The notes: a model not told the origin generated them from the sequence alone. A DNA stretch of 64,000 nucleotides from Phyllobates terribilis (GCF_046119375.1 NW_027362763.1:62558001-62622000), one strand, 5' to 3'. Positions 1 to 15,055 are shown, counted from the first letter of the stretch. Translations and numbers: made by a program.

Positions 1-1292
1 GAGTATAATACAGGATGTAACTCAGGATCAGTACAGGATAAGTAATTAATGTATGTACACAGTGACTGCACCAGCAGAATAGTGAGTGCAGCTCTGGAGT
101 ATAATACAGGATGTAACTCAGGATCAGTACAGGATCAGTAATATAATGTATGTATACAGTGACTGCACCAGCAGAATAGTGAGTGCAGCTCTGGAGTATA
201 ATACAGGATGTAACGCAGGATCAGTACAGGATCAGTAATGTAATGTATGTACACAGTGACTGCACCAGCAGAATAGTGAGTGCAGCTCTGGAGTATAATA
301 CAGGATGTAACTCAGGAACAGTAATGTAATATATGTACACAGTGACTCCACCAGGAGAATAGTGAGTGCAGCTCTGGAGTATAATACAGGATGTAACTCA
401 GGATCAGTACAGGATAAGTAATGTAATGTATGTACACAGTGACTGCACCAGCAGAATAGTGAGTGCAGCTCTGGAGTATAATACAGGATGTAACTCAGGA
501 TCAGTACAGGATCAGTAATGTAATGTATGTACACAGTGACTGCACCAGCAGAATAGTGAGTGCAGCTCTGGGGTATAATACAGGATGTAACTCAGGATCA
601 GTAATGTAATGTATGTATACAGTGACTGCACCAGCAGAATAGTGAGTGCAGCTCTGGAGTATAATACAGGATGTAACTCAGGATCAGTACAGGATAAGTA
701 ATTAATGTATGTACACAGTGACTGCACCAGCAGAATAGTGAGTGCAGCTCTGGAGTATAATACAGGATGTAACTCAGGATCAGTACAGGATCAGTAATAT
801 AATGTATGTATACAGTGACTGCACCAGCAGAATAGTGAGTGCAGCTCTGGAGTATAATACAGGATGTAACGCAGGATCAGTACAGGATAAGTAATGTAAT
901 GTATGTACACAGTGACTGCACCAGCAGAATAGTGAGTGCAGCTCTGGAGTATAATGCAGGATGTAACGCAGGATCAGTACAGGATAAGTAATGTAATGTA
1001 TGTACACAGTGACTGCACCAGCAGAATAGTGAGTGCAGCTCTGGAGTATAATACAGGATGTAACTCAGGATCAGTACAGGATCAGTAATATAATGTATGT
1101 ACACAGTGACTGCACCAGCAGAATAGTGAGTGCAGCTCTGGAGTATAATACAGGATGTAACGCAGGATCAGTACAGGATCAGTAATGTAATGTAATGTAT
1201 GTACACAGTGACTGCACCAGCAGAATAGTGAGTGCAGCTCTGGAGTATAATACAGGATGTAACTCAGGTTCAGTACAGGACCAGTAATGTAT
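1..1292. repeat. Tandem satellite, ~87-97 bp unit (GAGTATAATACAGGATGTAACTCAGGATCAGTACAGG...CAGTGACTGCACCAGCAGAATAGTGAGTGCAGCTCTG); runs off the window start
   Basis: Unit start recurs at 1, 97 and onward for about 13 copies; the ORF-track peptides here are repetitive. Confidence 0.95.
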
Positions 1293-1331
1293 GCTCAAAA
1301 TTTGTTAGATTTACATAGATTTTAACACAAA

Positions 1332-1818
1332 GGGCCTGATTCATAATTTGCAGTTTTTTAAGTGACTTTTCTTTTTTGACTTGTGATTTTCACTGTCGTT
1401 TTTACGCCAAATTCATCAAAAAGGCGTGTGCAATTCATTAATTTTGTGCAAAGCCCGAAATTGTTTTTTTTTTCTGTTTTTAACTGGTTTTGCCACTACT
1501 TAGCAGGAAAAGTCACATGTTTCGCAAAATATGTGCCAAAGTAACTGGCATACATAGAATCAACCCAGGAAGGACTGAAGTAGAATTGCCTAAAAATTTT
1601 GTGACTTTTTTTTTTTTAAAGAAAAGTCACATTTCATGAATCTGTCTGAAACATCTGAAAAAGCCCCATTGATGTAAAATTTAGAAAAGTAACTAAACCA
1701 CAAAAGACAAGTTGAAAAAAGGCGCAAATCGCTTGACGAATTTGGCGCAAATCAAGAAATTACTAATTGAGAGGTATTCGCACAAAAAATAAAAAACATG
1801 CAATGATGAATCGGGTCC
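1332..1818. mobile_element. MITE-like non-autonomous DNA element
   Basis: Imperfect terminal inverted repeats GGGCCTGATTCAT ... ATGAATCGGGTCC around a non-coding interior. Confidence 0.55.
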
Positions 1819-3414
1819 AGAGATTTTACGTAGATTTTATACACAAACTTTTGTAATATGTCAACCGCGCCTGTCATCAGATAAACCTGTGATGAACACT
1901 ATATAAAGATTTATATCCATAAATCTACAATGGCTAAAGCAAGTCCGGTGTAATTATCTTACGGGGAGCAACGAAAATCGTTAGTTCCGAGAATCATGAT
2001 AACAACGTACATGTAATTTTCCAGGAAGGCTCGAACACTCACAGATCAGATTTAAGAGCAAATATAGAAAAAGGAAAAAAAAAGTTTAGTTTCCTTATAG
2101 AAGTTATAAACCCAAAAGCAGCGCAGACTATAGCAGCTCATGTAGGGTCTTTATAGAGGAGGACTCAGCAGATCCGAGTTATAATGAGGGAAGGAACCTA
2201 CACAGGAATTAAACATGATCCGTGCCACAAAGATGCCAAACGTGTATATTATACATGTCCAAAGTATCTTTCTACAAGAAGCATAATCCATGATTCTTAT
2301 AATAATACGAGGATCATTTTTTAAATTTTTCATAGCATTGCATTACAAACTTCTCTAGCACCTGATCTAACACACACCTGACATCCATAAATTATTGTTG
2401 GCTTTACCAGCAGCCTCCTGACACATTTTTTTTGGCTGTGTTATTTTACTCACTTATATAGCGCCATTATATTACTAACAACATCATCACCATCCCCATT
2501 GGGGCTCACAATCTAGATTCCCTATCAGTATGTCTTTATAGTGTGGGAGGAAAGCAGAGGACCTGGAGGAAACCCACGCAAGAACTCCTTGAAGATGTTG
2601 TCCTGGGTGGGATCCTAACCCAGGACCCAAAGCAACAGTGCTAACAACTGAGCCACCATGCTGCCCATAGATCTGCCACCTTCTATCCAGCTCTACTTAA
2701 ACAACCAAAAAAATGTACAGACATGACTATTTTTCTATGTAGTTCCTTGAAGTTAAAGCTAAGAAAGTTAAATAAGAAGAAAATTGGAAATAAATACAAA
2801 ACTAAAGTTTTAAAAAATTGCATGTAAAAGGGGTATTGCCACTAACTTGAGGGTTTGGTCTATCCAACACAGGTTTCCGATACAAGTAGGACACCTTGCT
2901 TTGAAGAGTTGGAGTTATTAGACCCCTAATGTCTACACAACAGGCATTAATTGCACATCCTATAGATATGCCACAAATTTCTGAAACGGGAATACAAAAG
3001 ATATAATTTGGGAAGTTATAACATTCGTGCCTGCTGTTCCACCATAGGAAGCAAATAAGGCATAAAAAGTCCAAAATATGTATCACTTTTGATATCCAAC
3101 TCTTTAGGAGTAAGATCAACCCGATCTTCAGTGGGTTTTAAAATTCCTTATATCCTCCGTATATTGGAGTCCATCCCTCTAGAAGATTTTTGGGTGGTCG
3201 TCTATATAAGATTTTTTTGCTGATCGGTGTTTCCTATCAAACTTTTCTAATTCCTTGTACAAACATTTTGATTATCGGTCAATTTTGTAAAAATTAGATC
3301 CTGATACAATGGGGCCAAATTAGATTTTTTAATTTTTTTTACAAAATACTATAAACTTCAAAAACTAAACATAGAAAACAGTGTGAACAAAGCCTAAGAG
3401 AGTCACTTACATAC

Positions 3415-3795
3415 AGAGGTTGTCCACTACTTTAACATTGATAACCTAACCTTAGGATAGGTCATCAATGTCTGATCGGTGGAGGTGCGACACCACGCAC
3501 TCCCGCCGATCAGCTGCTCTCGGTGAGGGCGGCTGCCGGAAGCACTCAATTATAGAGCTGCTTCGTTTACTGCACATCCGGCCCCCCTATAGATTTCAAT
3601 AGTGGGCAGATGTTCAGTACCTGGCCGAGGCAGCTATCAGTACACGGAGCAGCTCCGTAACTGAGCACTTCCGGCAGCAGCCAGCACCAAGAACAGCTGA
3701 TATGCGTGGGTGCCCTGTGACGCACCCCCACCAATCAGACATTTAGGACCTGTCCTAAGGTTAGGTCATCAATGTTAAAATAGTGGACAACATCT
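3415..3795. mobile_element. Hairpin MITE of the TTAA-target (T2-like) type
   Basis: AGAGGTTGTCCACTACTTTAACATTGAT is inverted at the other end as ATCAATGTTAAAATAGTGGACAACATCT, followed by TTAA. Confidence 0.7.
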
Positions 3796-4497
3796 TTAAT
3801 GAATCAGTATCTCCTACTTAGATAAAGTTAACAACAATGTTCTAAAAGCCGAGACTAGAGATGAGCAAATATGTAAAAAAAATTGGATTTACTGTTGATT
3901 TCCCAGCCGCCATGTTTCCAACCAAGGAGCCATATTTCCATCAAGAATGTTAAATAGGTACCTAAAATAAATTATTTCAGCCTCCTTTGTCTTCTATCCT
4001 GGAAATATGGTTCCATAATTGGAAACCCGCTCAACAGTGAACCAAATTTTCACATATTCGCTCTTCTCTAGTGAAGGTGTAAGTGTCAATGTTTTTTTTT
4101 TCATAACATCCACATCGCTGCTCATTGTAAGAGACCTGACAACTGACCACAATCACAATCAACAAAAGACTCAATACATTACATTTCACACAAAGAATAT
4201 CTGCAAATTAACCCTGCTTCTCCCATCTACTCATCCACCTATTCTTCTTGCCCACAACACAAACCGGGATTTACCATGGAAAAAGAAAATTGATAACTTG
4301 AGTCTTTTGAGCAAATCTCTACCATCTACTCTGGTCTGGAACTTAAAAAGTCAAGTAAGGTCATGAGTTCTCCTTATTCACAATAGGCTGGGACAAATCC
4401 CAGAGGCCAGGAGGGGGGCTACATTTGTAGCTGGCCCATAACTTTTGGGGATTTTTTTTTGTACTGAAGTCTATGGCAGGGACCTTAGGAATTAAAG

Positions 4498-4843
4498 GTA
4501 GCTCCTGGAGAGGTCTACCTGCAGCTCCTGGAGAGGTCTACCAGCAGCTCCTAGAGAGGTCTACCCTTACCTTCTGTAGAAGTCTATTGGTAGCTCCTGG
4601 AGAGGTTTTACCGGTAGCTCCTGGAGAGGTCTACCAGTAGCTCCTGGAGAGGTTTACCGGTAGCTCCTGGAGAGGTCTACCAATAGCTCCTGGAGAGGTT
4701 TACCGGTAGCTCCTGGAGAAGTTTACCGCTAGCTCCTGGAGAGGTCTACCAGTAGCTCCTGGAGAGGCCTACCGGTAGCTCCTGGAGAGGCCTTTCAGTA
4801 GCCCCTGAAGAGGTCTGTCGGTAGCTCCTGGAGAGGTCTACCA
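4498..4843. repeat. Minisatellite, ~22-23 bp unit GTAGCTCCTGGAGAGGTCTACC(G/A)
   Basis: About 14 tandem copies seen directly. Confidence 0.9.
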
Positions 4844-5757
4844 AGACACCTCAAATTGTACACTATTTTCTTACATTTCATTCGTAAAGCCCTGGATCAC
4901 TGACAATATAAAAAGTAAGATATTTTAGGAGCAAATATTTTATATGTTTACTGTAATAGAGAGCATTGAAACTCCCAAATGCTCTTAGATCTTAGAGTAT
5001 AAATATTGCCACTGAAAAGATAATTACGATCACAGTAACCTCCAGTTTCAAAAATATTCACAGCTGCATCTTTTTATTATTATTATTATTATTATTGACA
5101 CTGGACAATAGTTCTAAACTTTTTGCGGATTGGCTTCAATTTAAGAAGGCTGGCGACTATGATTTTCAAGTCGATGTCCCTACAAGGTCTAAACTTTTGG
5201 AGAATTCTGGAGAATCCCTTTAATTATAGTACATCTTACTACAGAAAAGGTGATGGATATTTTTTTTTTAAGGACATGATCTATATTGTTTAATAACCTG
5301 TCTACGTAAAAATTGAGACATTTAATATAAAATTGTATAAAATAATATAAAATACAATAGTAATAGTAGGATAATTAAAAATGCTGAAATAATAATAATA
5401 AATGTAATAATATAATATCTTCTATTTTTAAATGAATATGATACTGTAATCAATGAAGCAGACGTGAGAAGTTCATATCACTGTCGCGTAAAAAACTACT
5501 TCTTTGAGCATCTGGTTGATAAGAGAAACATAAAAGGATTACAAAAAAAAATTGTGTAAAAATTCTCTAAGTACTTAAATCGTTTGCTTTATTATAGTCA
5601 TCAGTTTCTCATAATGGCTTTGTCAGGAAGACATAAATGGAGAGATGATCAATCTAATTCCGGTTCCTACAAACCATTTTTGATATGTAATTGTATAAAA
5701 TAGCAAAAAAACGACAACAAAAAAACAAACAAGTATGTGTCTAATAATGATAATAAA

Positions 5758-6208
5758 AAATATGTGTCAAATAAGCAAGACATACACAGGAACATGTCAA
5801 ATAAGCAAGAAATACACAGGAACATGTCAAATAAGAAAGACATACACAGGAACATGTCAAATAAGAAAGACATACACAGGAACATGTCAAATAAGAAAGA
5901 CATACACAGGAACATGTCAAATAAGAAAGACATACACAGGAACATGTCAAATAAGAAAGACATACACAGGAACATGTCAAATAAGAGACATACACAGGAA
6001 CATGTCAAATAAGAAAGACATACACAGGAATATGTCAAATAAGAAAGACATACACAGGAACATGTCAAATAAGAGACATACACAGGAACATGTCAAATAA
6101 GAAAGACATACACAGTAACATGTCAAATAAGAAAGACGTACACAGGAACATGTCAAATAAGAAAGACATACACAGCAACATGTCAAATAAGAAAGACATA
6201 CACAGGAA
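5758..6208. repeat. Minisatellite, 30 bp unit AACATGTCAAATAAGAAAGACATACACAGG
   Basis: About 15 near-perfect tandem copies. Confidence 0.95.
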
Positions 6209-7576
6209 TTGAGTAAACTGTCCATTATACTGACCACTATTAATTTGGATGTGTAGTAGCTTTTTTTTTTTTTTTTGCTTGCTTGCTTTTTAGCCTAAGC
6301 CAGGAGGAGATTTTCCTTTATCATCCTTCTTTGGCTTAGGCAAAATAAACACATCAAAAACTTGATGTGTGTCTGTATTAGGTCAGCTATATAGAGTAAG
6401 CTTCATAGGCCATTTATAAGCTTAGACTAAATAAACTAAAAAAGAAGCAATAAAATATTGCACCTGCATGATCACATAAAATACATGTTAAAAACAGGTT
6501 AAAATATATAAATATGTAAAAAAATTATAATAAAATAATAAGTAGTTGAATAAATATAAATTCCAATTTTTTTTTTCAAAGGACATTTTTGACAGTATTT
6601 TTTTGTTTGACTGTAAAACTCTAAAAATATTATGAGTTAAAATAGGGGAAAAAATAAAATTTGAGCTGTTTTAAAGAATAAAAATTCTATAGTTACAATA
6701 TATTGGTTTAAAAGCACAAAAACGTCAGACAAAAATAACGCAGACGTCATTAATTTTTTTTTAACACATTGATCATGTTCAATGACCATTTTTTAAGAAT
6801 GTGCTGTATTAGAAGACATTGTAAAATAAGTAATAAAGAAAATAATAATAATAATCATAATAATACTATGGATTTTAATGTAACTAAAATGTCAAAAAGG
6901 AAATTAAAAAGAAAAAAAAAAGCCACAGTAGTTTAAGGACAAATATGTTAAAAAATAAAGTTTGCAACCTTTTTCTGTTCTGTAAATTTTCACATGTGAC
7001 TCATAGAAATTCTTCCTGAGGTTGCGTAGAAGGGAGTCGTTGTTTTACCGACCAGCAGTTTGCCACTGACACAGTAGCCGGGCTTTAGCAAATAATTCTC
7101 CTGTAACCACTGCCCACAAACACCCGCTCAGCTGAAGCAGTTAACATTAAAAAAAAATTGACAGTGCAATTTTTTTTCTAATTTTATTTTATTTTTTATT
7201 CTTTATTTTTACATATTGACGTAAAATATGAATGTGGCTGTATAGATTTATTGGTTTTAACAAACGCACACATGATGCCTATGTTAATCTCTGTTCAATA
7301 ATATTTCCAAGAATAACATATAGTCACATTATTGTATTTATTATTATTATTAATAATAATAATAATAACAATAATAATAATTATTGGCTATATGTTCTAG
7401 AGAGCACCATCAAAATGCAACTATGTCCTATAATAAGAATTTAATTAAATGTAAATTGATCATTCACAAAATCACTTTATTAACATTTTTTTTCACAATA
7501 CATTTAATTAAAATATACATATATAACTAAATATATATGCATACATATATGTATATGACACATGCATATATATAAT

Positions 7577-7621
<45 letters not shown>

Positions 7622-7840
7622 CACAGGAATATATAATCTCTATATAAATATATATGCATGTGTAAAAGCATAAATATAATATATATATATACATATATTA
7701 TATAGAGCCAGTGTTATAATTTTAAGCACGCATTCTAGAGGTCTTCTATATTTTTCCTGAAACACATAAACTCCAATTTTAAAGTAGATTTTTGTTAATG
7801 TCCCAAGTAAAACTACACTACAATAATCAATAATTACATT

Positions 7841-8778
7841 NNNNNNNNNNNNNNNNNNNNNNNNNNNNNNNNNNNNNNNNNNNNNNNNNNNNNNNNNNNN
7901 NNNNNNNNNNNNNNNNNNNNNNNNNNNNNNNNNNNNNNNNNNNNNNNNNNNNNNNNNNNNNNNNNNNNNNNNNNNNNNNNNNNNNNNNNNNNNNNNNNNN
8001 NNNNNNNNNNNNNNNNNNNNNNNNNNNNNNNNNNNNNNNNNNNNNNTCATTAAAGATTAGAACTGAAAATTAAAGATATTTTTTAATTTGAAAAAGAACT
8101 GATGGTTATCCAGTAAGAAAACATTTTTTAGCTAAAATCGCAAGATACATTTGCAGCTTTCTAGCTCATTTCACCAAACCCTAGTACTGATAATTTAAAG
8201 CAACTCGCCCTGTATATAAACAACAATCGCTGATTCTGCAGCTCCTGGACTGTGTCTGTGTAATGCCACATAGTGCAGAGAGTACAGCACTGGACAGAAA
8301 CTCCCCATCTATTCCCCACAGAAATGTCCCATCCTGTTAGTGTGCTGCAGAAGTAAATTTAGTGTTATACATGTGCCCCCTGGAGAAACATTCTGTTGCA
8401 TCCTTGAGTTAATGCAGAAACCCCTCTGGGGATATTTACTGTAAATTAACATACTTGGCTCCAATCATAAAGCAGGAAAACACAGACAACAAGAAAGAAT
8501 TAACTAGNNNNNNNNNNNNNNNNNNNNNNNNNNNNNNNNNNNNNNNNNNNNNNNNNNNNNNNNNNNNNNNNNNNNNNNNNNNNNNNNNNNNNNNNNNNNN
8601 NNNNNNNNNNNNNNNNNNNNNNNNNNNNNNNNNNNNNNNNNNNNNNNNNNNNNNNNNNNNNNNNNNNNNNNNNNNNNNNNNNNNNNNNNNNNNNNNNNNN
8701 NNNNNNNNNNNNNNNNNNNNNNNNNNNNNNNNNNNNNNNNNNNNNNNNNNNNNNNNNNNNNNNNNNNNNNNNNNNNNN
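7841..8778. other. Two assembly gaps (7841-8046, 8508-8778) next to (TA)n-rich DNA; further gaps at 48600-48762, 49218-49456 and 51020-51488
   Basis: Runs of N. Confidence 0.99.
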
Positions 8779-9249
8779 ACATAAACAAATGGACCCCCTC
8801 TGGGGTAGCTGTTCTAGGACTGAGCCTGCTAAATACATGTACAATCAAGTGCAAAGTTCTATCATTACATTGTAATATATTGTATATCATTTGGCTGTTA
8901 ATGTGTATAATTATGTATCAAGCTGGCAGTGTGCATCACCATACATATGCACATCAGGCTGTCAGGGGTGTTACTATGTGCCGGCTGTGTATTAAATACT
9001 GTACATTTTATATGTGTGCTATTATAGATATATCCATATATACAATTCAGACTGTATTATGGATCATTTGGTGTATTATTTACTATGTAGTATAATGTGT
9101 TAAGCTGTATATTTTAACAGTGTGATATAGAGTTATATAGTTAGATATATAAATATATATACATATAGTGAGATGTGTATATATAAATATATATCACTAT
9201 ATGTATCACCATATATCTCTATATCACGCAGTTATGTATGTATAACATA

Positions 9250-9297
<48 letters not shown>

Positions 9298-9407
9298 TAT
9301 ATCAGTGTGATATAGACATATATGGTGATACATATACAGTATATAGTGAGATATACATATTACTATATATATCACTATATTACACTGTTAGATATATATA
9401 ACATATA

Positions 9408-9447
<40 letters not shown>

Positions 9448-9903
9448 AACAGTTTAATATAGAGATATATAGTGATAGATATGGTAATATATGTATACAC
9501 GTACATATATATTATATATATCACCATAAATCTCCATTTTACACTGCTAGGAATATATATAAACTGTGATATAGAGCTATATGGTGATACATATGGTGAG
9601 ATATATATACACATACATATATATATTGCGCTATGCATATATATCTATATATCTATATATGTATCACTATAAATCTCCATATCACACTGTAAGGACTATA
9701 TATCAGCAGTGTGACACATATGGTGGGATATATAGATATATGTATATATCTTAGGCTGCGCTGCTTTCTTCCATGGTGCTGCAGTGAGCGCTGACCGGAG
9801 TCAGGAGGGGCAGGAGCAGTGGCAGCGCAGCCGGCTGTGATCGGCAGCAGCACATTAGTGCTGGTAGTTGCTCTAGGTGGTGCAGTCTCCCTGTAGAGTG
9901 TCA

Positions 9904-10320
<417 letters not shown>

Positions 10321-10649
10321 TTATTGTCAGGGCGATGAGGGGGAGGAAAGAGGAGAAGCGGGGGGCACCCCGAGGTGTCAGGGCAGCGGAGGGGTTAACA
10401 GATCGCTCACTGCACTACTAGTACATGGCAGCTGGTGGTGAGCTCAGGGAACGAGGGATCTTCGGCTGGGGCACTGGATCCCTGTGCGCAGAGGTGGATG
10501 GATGGAGAGATCCCCTGCTGGAGATCAGTTCTGCTCTTCAGGGATCCTTCTACTCCTTGTGTCGGGAGCAATGTCTGGATCTGGTGTTCAGGTGATGGAT
10601 GAAGTCGGAGAAGCAGTGATGGATGCGGGGAGAATCCTTATCCTGATCA

Positions 10650-11290
10650 GTTCATGTGTTTAGCGGATCCCTCTGCTGCAGATCATGTCTTGTGGATCCG
10701 GCCTTTTTTTTGCAGGGGAACAGTTCTTGTATTAGTGGGATCCCTGTCTACTGGAGATCGATCCTTGTGTTCGTGGAAAGGAAGATGGCTGGAGATGATC
10801 ACTCTGCTTACTGGAGATCAGTTGTATTTCTGGATCACTGTCTACTGGAGAACAATTCTTGTATTAGCGGGTCCCTTTTTTTTAGTAGACATCGGTCCTT
10901 GTATTTCTGGATCCTTTTTTGCCGGAGATGATCAGTCCTTCTATTTCTGGATCCCTGCCTGCTGGAGATGATCAGTTCTTGTATTAGCGGATCCCTATCT
11001 ACTGGAGATCAGTCTTTGTGTTTCTGGATCCTTTTTTGATGGAGATGATCAGTCCTTATATCTCTAGATCCCTGTCTGCTGGAGATGATCAGTCCCTGTA
11101 TTTCTGAATCCCTGTCTGCTAGAGATCAGTTCTTGTTTTAGCGGATCCCTTTTTTAGTGGAGATCAGTCCTTATATTTCTGGATCCCTGTGTGCTGGAGA
11201 TGATCAAGTCTTATATTTCTGGATTTTTTTTTATTGCTGGAGATCAGTCCTTGTATCTCTAGATCCCTGTCTGCTGGAGATCTGGTAGCA
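10650..11290. repeat. Degenerate tandem repeat (GATCCCTGTCTGCTGGAGATGATCAGTCCTTGTATTTCTG-like units)
   Basis: Recurrent GGATCC / CTGGAGAT / GATCAGT modules. Confidence 0.85.
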
Positions 11291-11334
11291 GGTTCGGTAG
11301 GTGTCTACTCTCAGCTGCAGTCTACATGGGACAG

Positions 11335-12125
11335 TCCTATAATATGTGTCTTATGGCAGCAGCCCCTCTATACTATGTGTCCTATGGCAGCAGCCCCTCT
11401 ATACTATGTGTCTTATGGCAGCAGCCCCTCTATACTATGTGTCTTATGGCAGCAGCCCCTCTATACTATGTGTCATATGGCAGCAGCCCCTCTATACTAT
11501 GTGTCATATGGCAGCAGCCCCTCTATACTATGTGTCCTTAGGCAGCAGCCCCTCTATACTATGTGTCCTATGGCAGCAGCCCCTCTATACCATGTGTCTT
11601 ATGGCAGCAGCCCCTCTATACTATGTGTCATATGGCAGCAGCCCCTCTATACTATGTGTCCTTAGGCAGCAGCCCCTCTATACTATGTGTCCTTAGGCAG
11701 CAGCCCCTCTATACTATGTGTCCTATAGCAGCAGCCCCTCTATACTATGTGTCTTATGGCAGCAGCCCCTCTATACTATGTGTCATATGGCAGCAGCCCC
11801 TCTATACTATGTGTCCTTAGGCAGCAGCCCCTCTATACTATGTGTCCTTAGGCAGCAGCCCCTCTGCACAGTCCTTCTATACTATGTGTCTTATGGCAGC
11901 AGCCCCTCTATACTATGTGTCTTAAGGCAGCAGCCCCTCTATTCTATGTGTCTTATGGCAGCAGCCCCTCTATACTATGTGTCTTATGGCAGCAGCCCCT
12001 CTATACTATGTGTCTTATGGCAGCAGCCCCTCTATACTATGTGTCTTATGGCAGCAGCCCCTCTATACTATGTGTCTTATGGCAGCAGCCCCTCTATACT
12101 ATGTGTCCAATGGCAGCAGCCCCTC
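11335..12125. repeat. Minisatellite, 31 bp unit TATGTGTCTTATGGCAGCAGCCCCTCTATAC
   Basis: About 24 near-perfect tandem copies. Confidence 0.95.
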
Positions 12126-12539
12126 TGTACAGTCCTTCTATACTATATGCAATCCTCTAACTCTGTGCACATGGGTTATGTCTGGGAACTTCAGAAAGTC
12201 CCTAATTAATATGAATGAGCCCCCCAGCAGGAAACTGCTGTCTGTCAGTAGCTTGTCCCCCACCCACCCTCTGCACCCCACAATCTTATCTGCTGTATCC
12301 AGGGATCAGCGCAGCCTCCTCCAAGTCTTCTGTGATCTCCTTTATAATAATTGTAAGAACTTCTTCTTCTTCTTCTGATCTGTCAGGATTTCTCCATGAA
12401 GGCAGCAGGAGGAAAAGTAAAGAAAAAAAAAAGAAAAGAAAAAAAAAAGCTCCTCAGCCCCAGTGGTGGTGGTGGTGGTGGTGTTGGTGGTGGAGGAGCA
12501 CTGGCTCTTTTTTCTGCAGGAGGCTGGCTTTGTAAATGA

Positions 12540-12610
12540 TTAGGGGTTTTTGTGGTTTATATAGTGAGTCCTCTGCAGTCTGTGAGCCACACAGCAAACA
12601 CGTGGTGTCC
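12540..12610 (-). promoter_or_regulatory. Candidate RUNX2 P2 core promoter: TATATAAA (12556-12563, minus) overlapping a RUNX consensus site TGTGGTT (12551-12557), with an E-box CACGTG nearby
   Basis: Motifs seen directly in unique sequence upstream of the exon and correctly oriented. Promoter function is inferred. Confidence 0.4.
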
Positions 12611-15055
12611 TGACACAGGAGCAGGCTGATTAGCAGGAGTGGTGCCCAGCCTGCTGCCCCCCATGCCCTGAGCTCATCACCAGCTACAAGGAAACAAGGA
12701 GTGCAGCTCCTGCAGGAAAGCCAATGAAGAACAAGCAGCAGCTGCCCGGGCTCAGAGGAGGCTTGTGCTTGTTTGTGTCTATGTTACCAAAAAAAAAAGG
12801 GCAGATCTTATAAAAAGAAGCATTTTCTGTACCCAATAGTAGTGGTGCTACCCTCCCACTGCAGATAAAGGGCCTATGAAAAGCTGCAGGGAGATTTGGG
12901 GAAAAATCTACTGTGCCCTGTGCTATTCCAGCAAGGCAGGGGGGGCTCTAGCTAGTTCTTACGTGGGAGGGGGGGGGGTGATACCTTACATTTCTAAAAG
13001 CATGACAAATAATATTATCTTCCATCCTTAGATAACTGTGTGGTCAGATTGCATTGCTTTGACAAACTGGCCAGCACTGAAGAGGTTAATAGGATCCTTT
13101 TTTTTTTTTTTTTTTATATTGTATAGGAATCTGCAACCTGTTGACAGACTCTTACTCCCAGCAGGTTCCATTCCCTCCGCTGCAAGGGTTAATAGCATGG
13201 GATGCCAATGCATGTGAATAACCCAACCTGTCACTCTCTACCTAAAAGTATAACTCTCAACATTTCCCATCCTTTATAGCATCACAAGAATTTTTTTTGC
13301 TAAGTACCTTCCACTGCAAGGGTTAATCACATGGGATGCCATTATGGCAGGCGAAGTTATTGTACAGGGGGAATCTGGAATCAGCTTTTTCCATCCCTCC
13401 TACTGCAAGGGTTAATAGCATGGGATACCATTCCTGTAAATGACCCAATCTGTTAGTCTCTAAAAGTACAACTCTCAACATTTCCCATCCTTCTCTCTAT
13501 AGCATCACATGGCCTTTTTCGATTAAGTATCTTCCACTGCAAGGTTTAATAGTATGGGATGGCATTCATCTAAATGACCCAATAAGTCACTCTCTAACTA
13601 AAAGTACAACTCCCAGCATCTTCCATCCTGGTCCCTATGGCATCTCATAGGATTGTTTTTTTTGACTAGGTACCTGCAGGAGTTAATAAGATGGGATCAA
13701 AGGCGTAACTATAATAGGAGCAGGGTTTGTAATCTTATCTGGGCCCCAGAGCTTAGGAAGGGGGGGGGGGGGGGGGCAAAAGGTCCCTTCGGTCCATAGT
13801 TAGGGGTCCTGTTGGGATATTTTGCATTGGGGCCCACGACCCAACCTGTCACTCTAACTAAAAGTACAACTCCCAGCATCTTCCATCCTAGTCCCTGGGC
13901 CACCTCATAGGATGTTTTTTTTTCTCTCTAGGTATCTGCAGGGGTTAATAGGATGGGATACCATGATGGCTGATGAGGTCATTGTACAGGGATTGCTAGC
14001 CTTGCTGCCTTCTAGCGAAAACTACAACTCCCAGTATTTTCTGCAGTATCAGCTCCTTCCATTGCAAGGGTTAATATAGTGCGCTGCCATATTGGCAACT
14101 GAGGTGGTTGCACAGAAATCTCCAAGCTGTTGCACTGTAGCTAAAATTACTACTCCCAGCATCTCCTGTATTGGTCCTTCTGCATCACTGCATTTTTTTT
14201 TTTTATTAAGTATCTGACACTACAAGGGTTAATAGGATGAGGTGCCATGATGGCCGTTGAAACTACAACCCCCAGCATCTTTTGTCCGTGTGCATGGGGG
14301 GCGCACTATTTTATTATATAGCTAAAGGCAAATTGGAAATGTCTGGCTAGTACAGTGGGGGTTAATTACGCTTGATGATGTCATTACAGGAGTTTATACT
14401 TTACTATGACGTCAGTAGGTTTAAAGAGAAAAAAATGAGAATGTTGGGACACTGCAAGACCCGGTATGAGCTGACTGCATGGAGTTTCCTTGGCATGCTG
14501 GGGGTTGTAGTTCCACAACAGCTGGAGAGGCTGAGGTGGCAGTCTGCTAAAATACCGATATCCTGCAGCAGTATATAGTAGAGATCTGCAGTTATTACAC
14601 AGAGACAATGTGTTACGCTGTGTTATACGGAACCGTCACTTTAAATTTAAAGAACCGTTTATTTACAAATTCCTTTCTTCTTGCTACAAAGTATCTAATT
14701 CTGTAACCCTTGATGTTCTGCTCAGAGCAGAGAAAGGTTAAAGCATCCTGGCATAAGTCATGGCGCTCCGTTCCCAATACTAGGCTGCGGTGTTCTTTAT
14801 TTTTCTGAAAATAAATGTAATAATAGTAATCATCTTTATTCATACAGCGCCAACATGTTTCGCAGCAGCAGTAAGATCCCGTTATTTCAGGGGTGTTGAC
14901 AGTTTGAAGAACATAATAAACTCTAGTTCTGCTCTTAAGAGGATTGATTGTGATTAGAAAATCAAAAACTGCTTTATTTTTTAAAAGAGCGCCACACCTG
15001 TCATCAGGTTGTGTGTGGTATTACAACTTAGCCCAATTCATTTAAACTGATTTAA

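Noticed and set aside
1880-3330. Possible decayed L1-like ORF2 remnant on the minus strand
   Set aside because: Only vague motif resemblance across broken frames; cannot be supported without a profile search.
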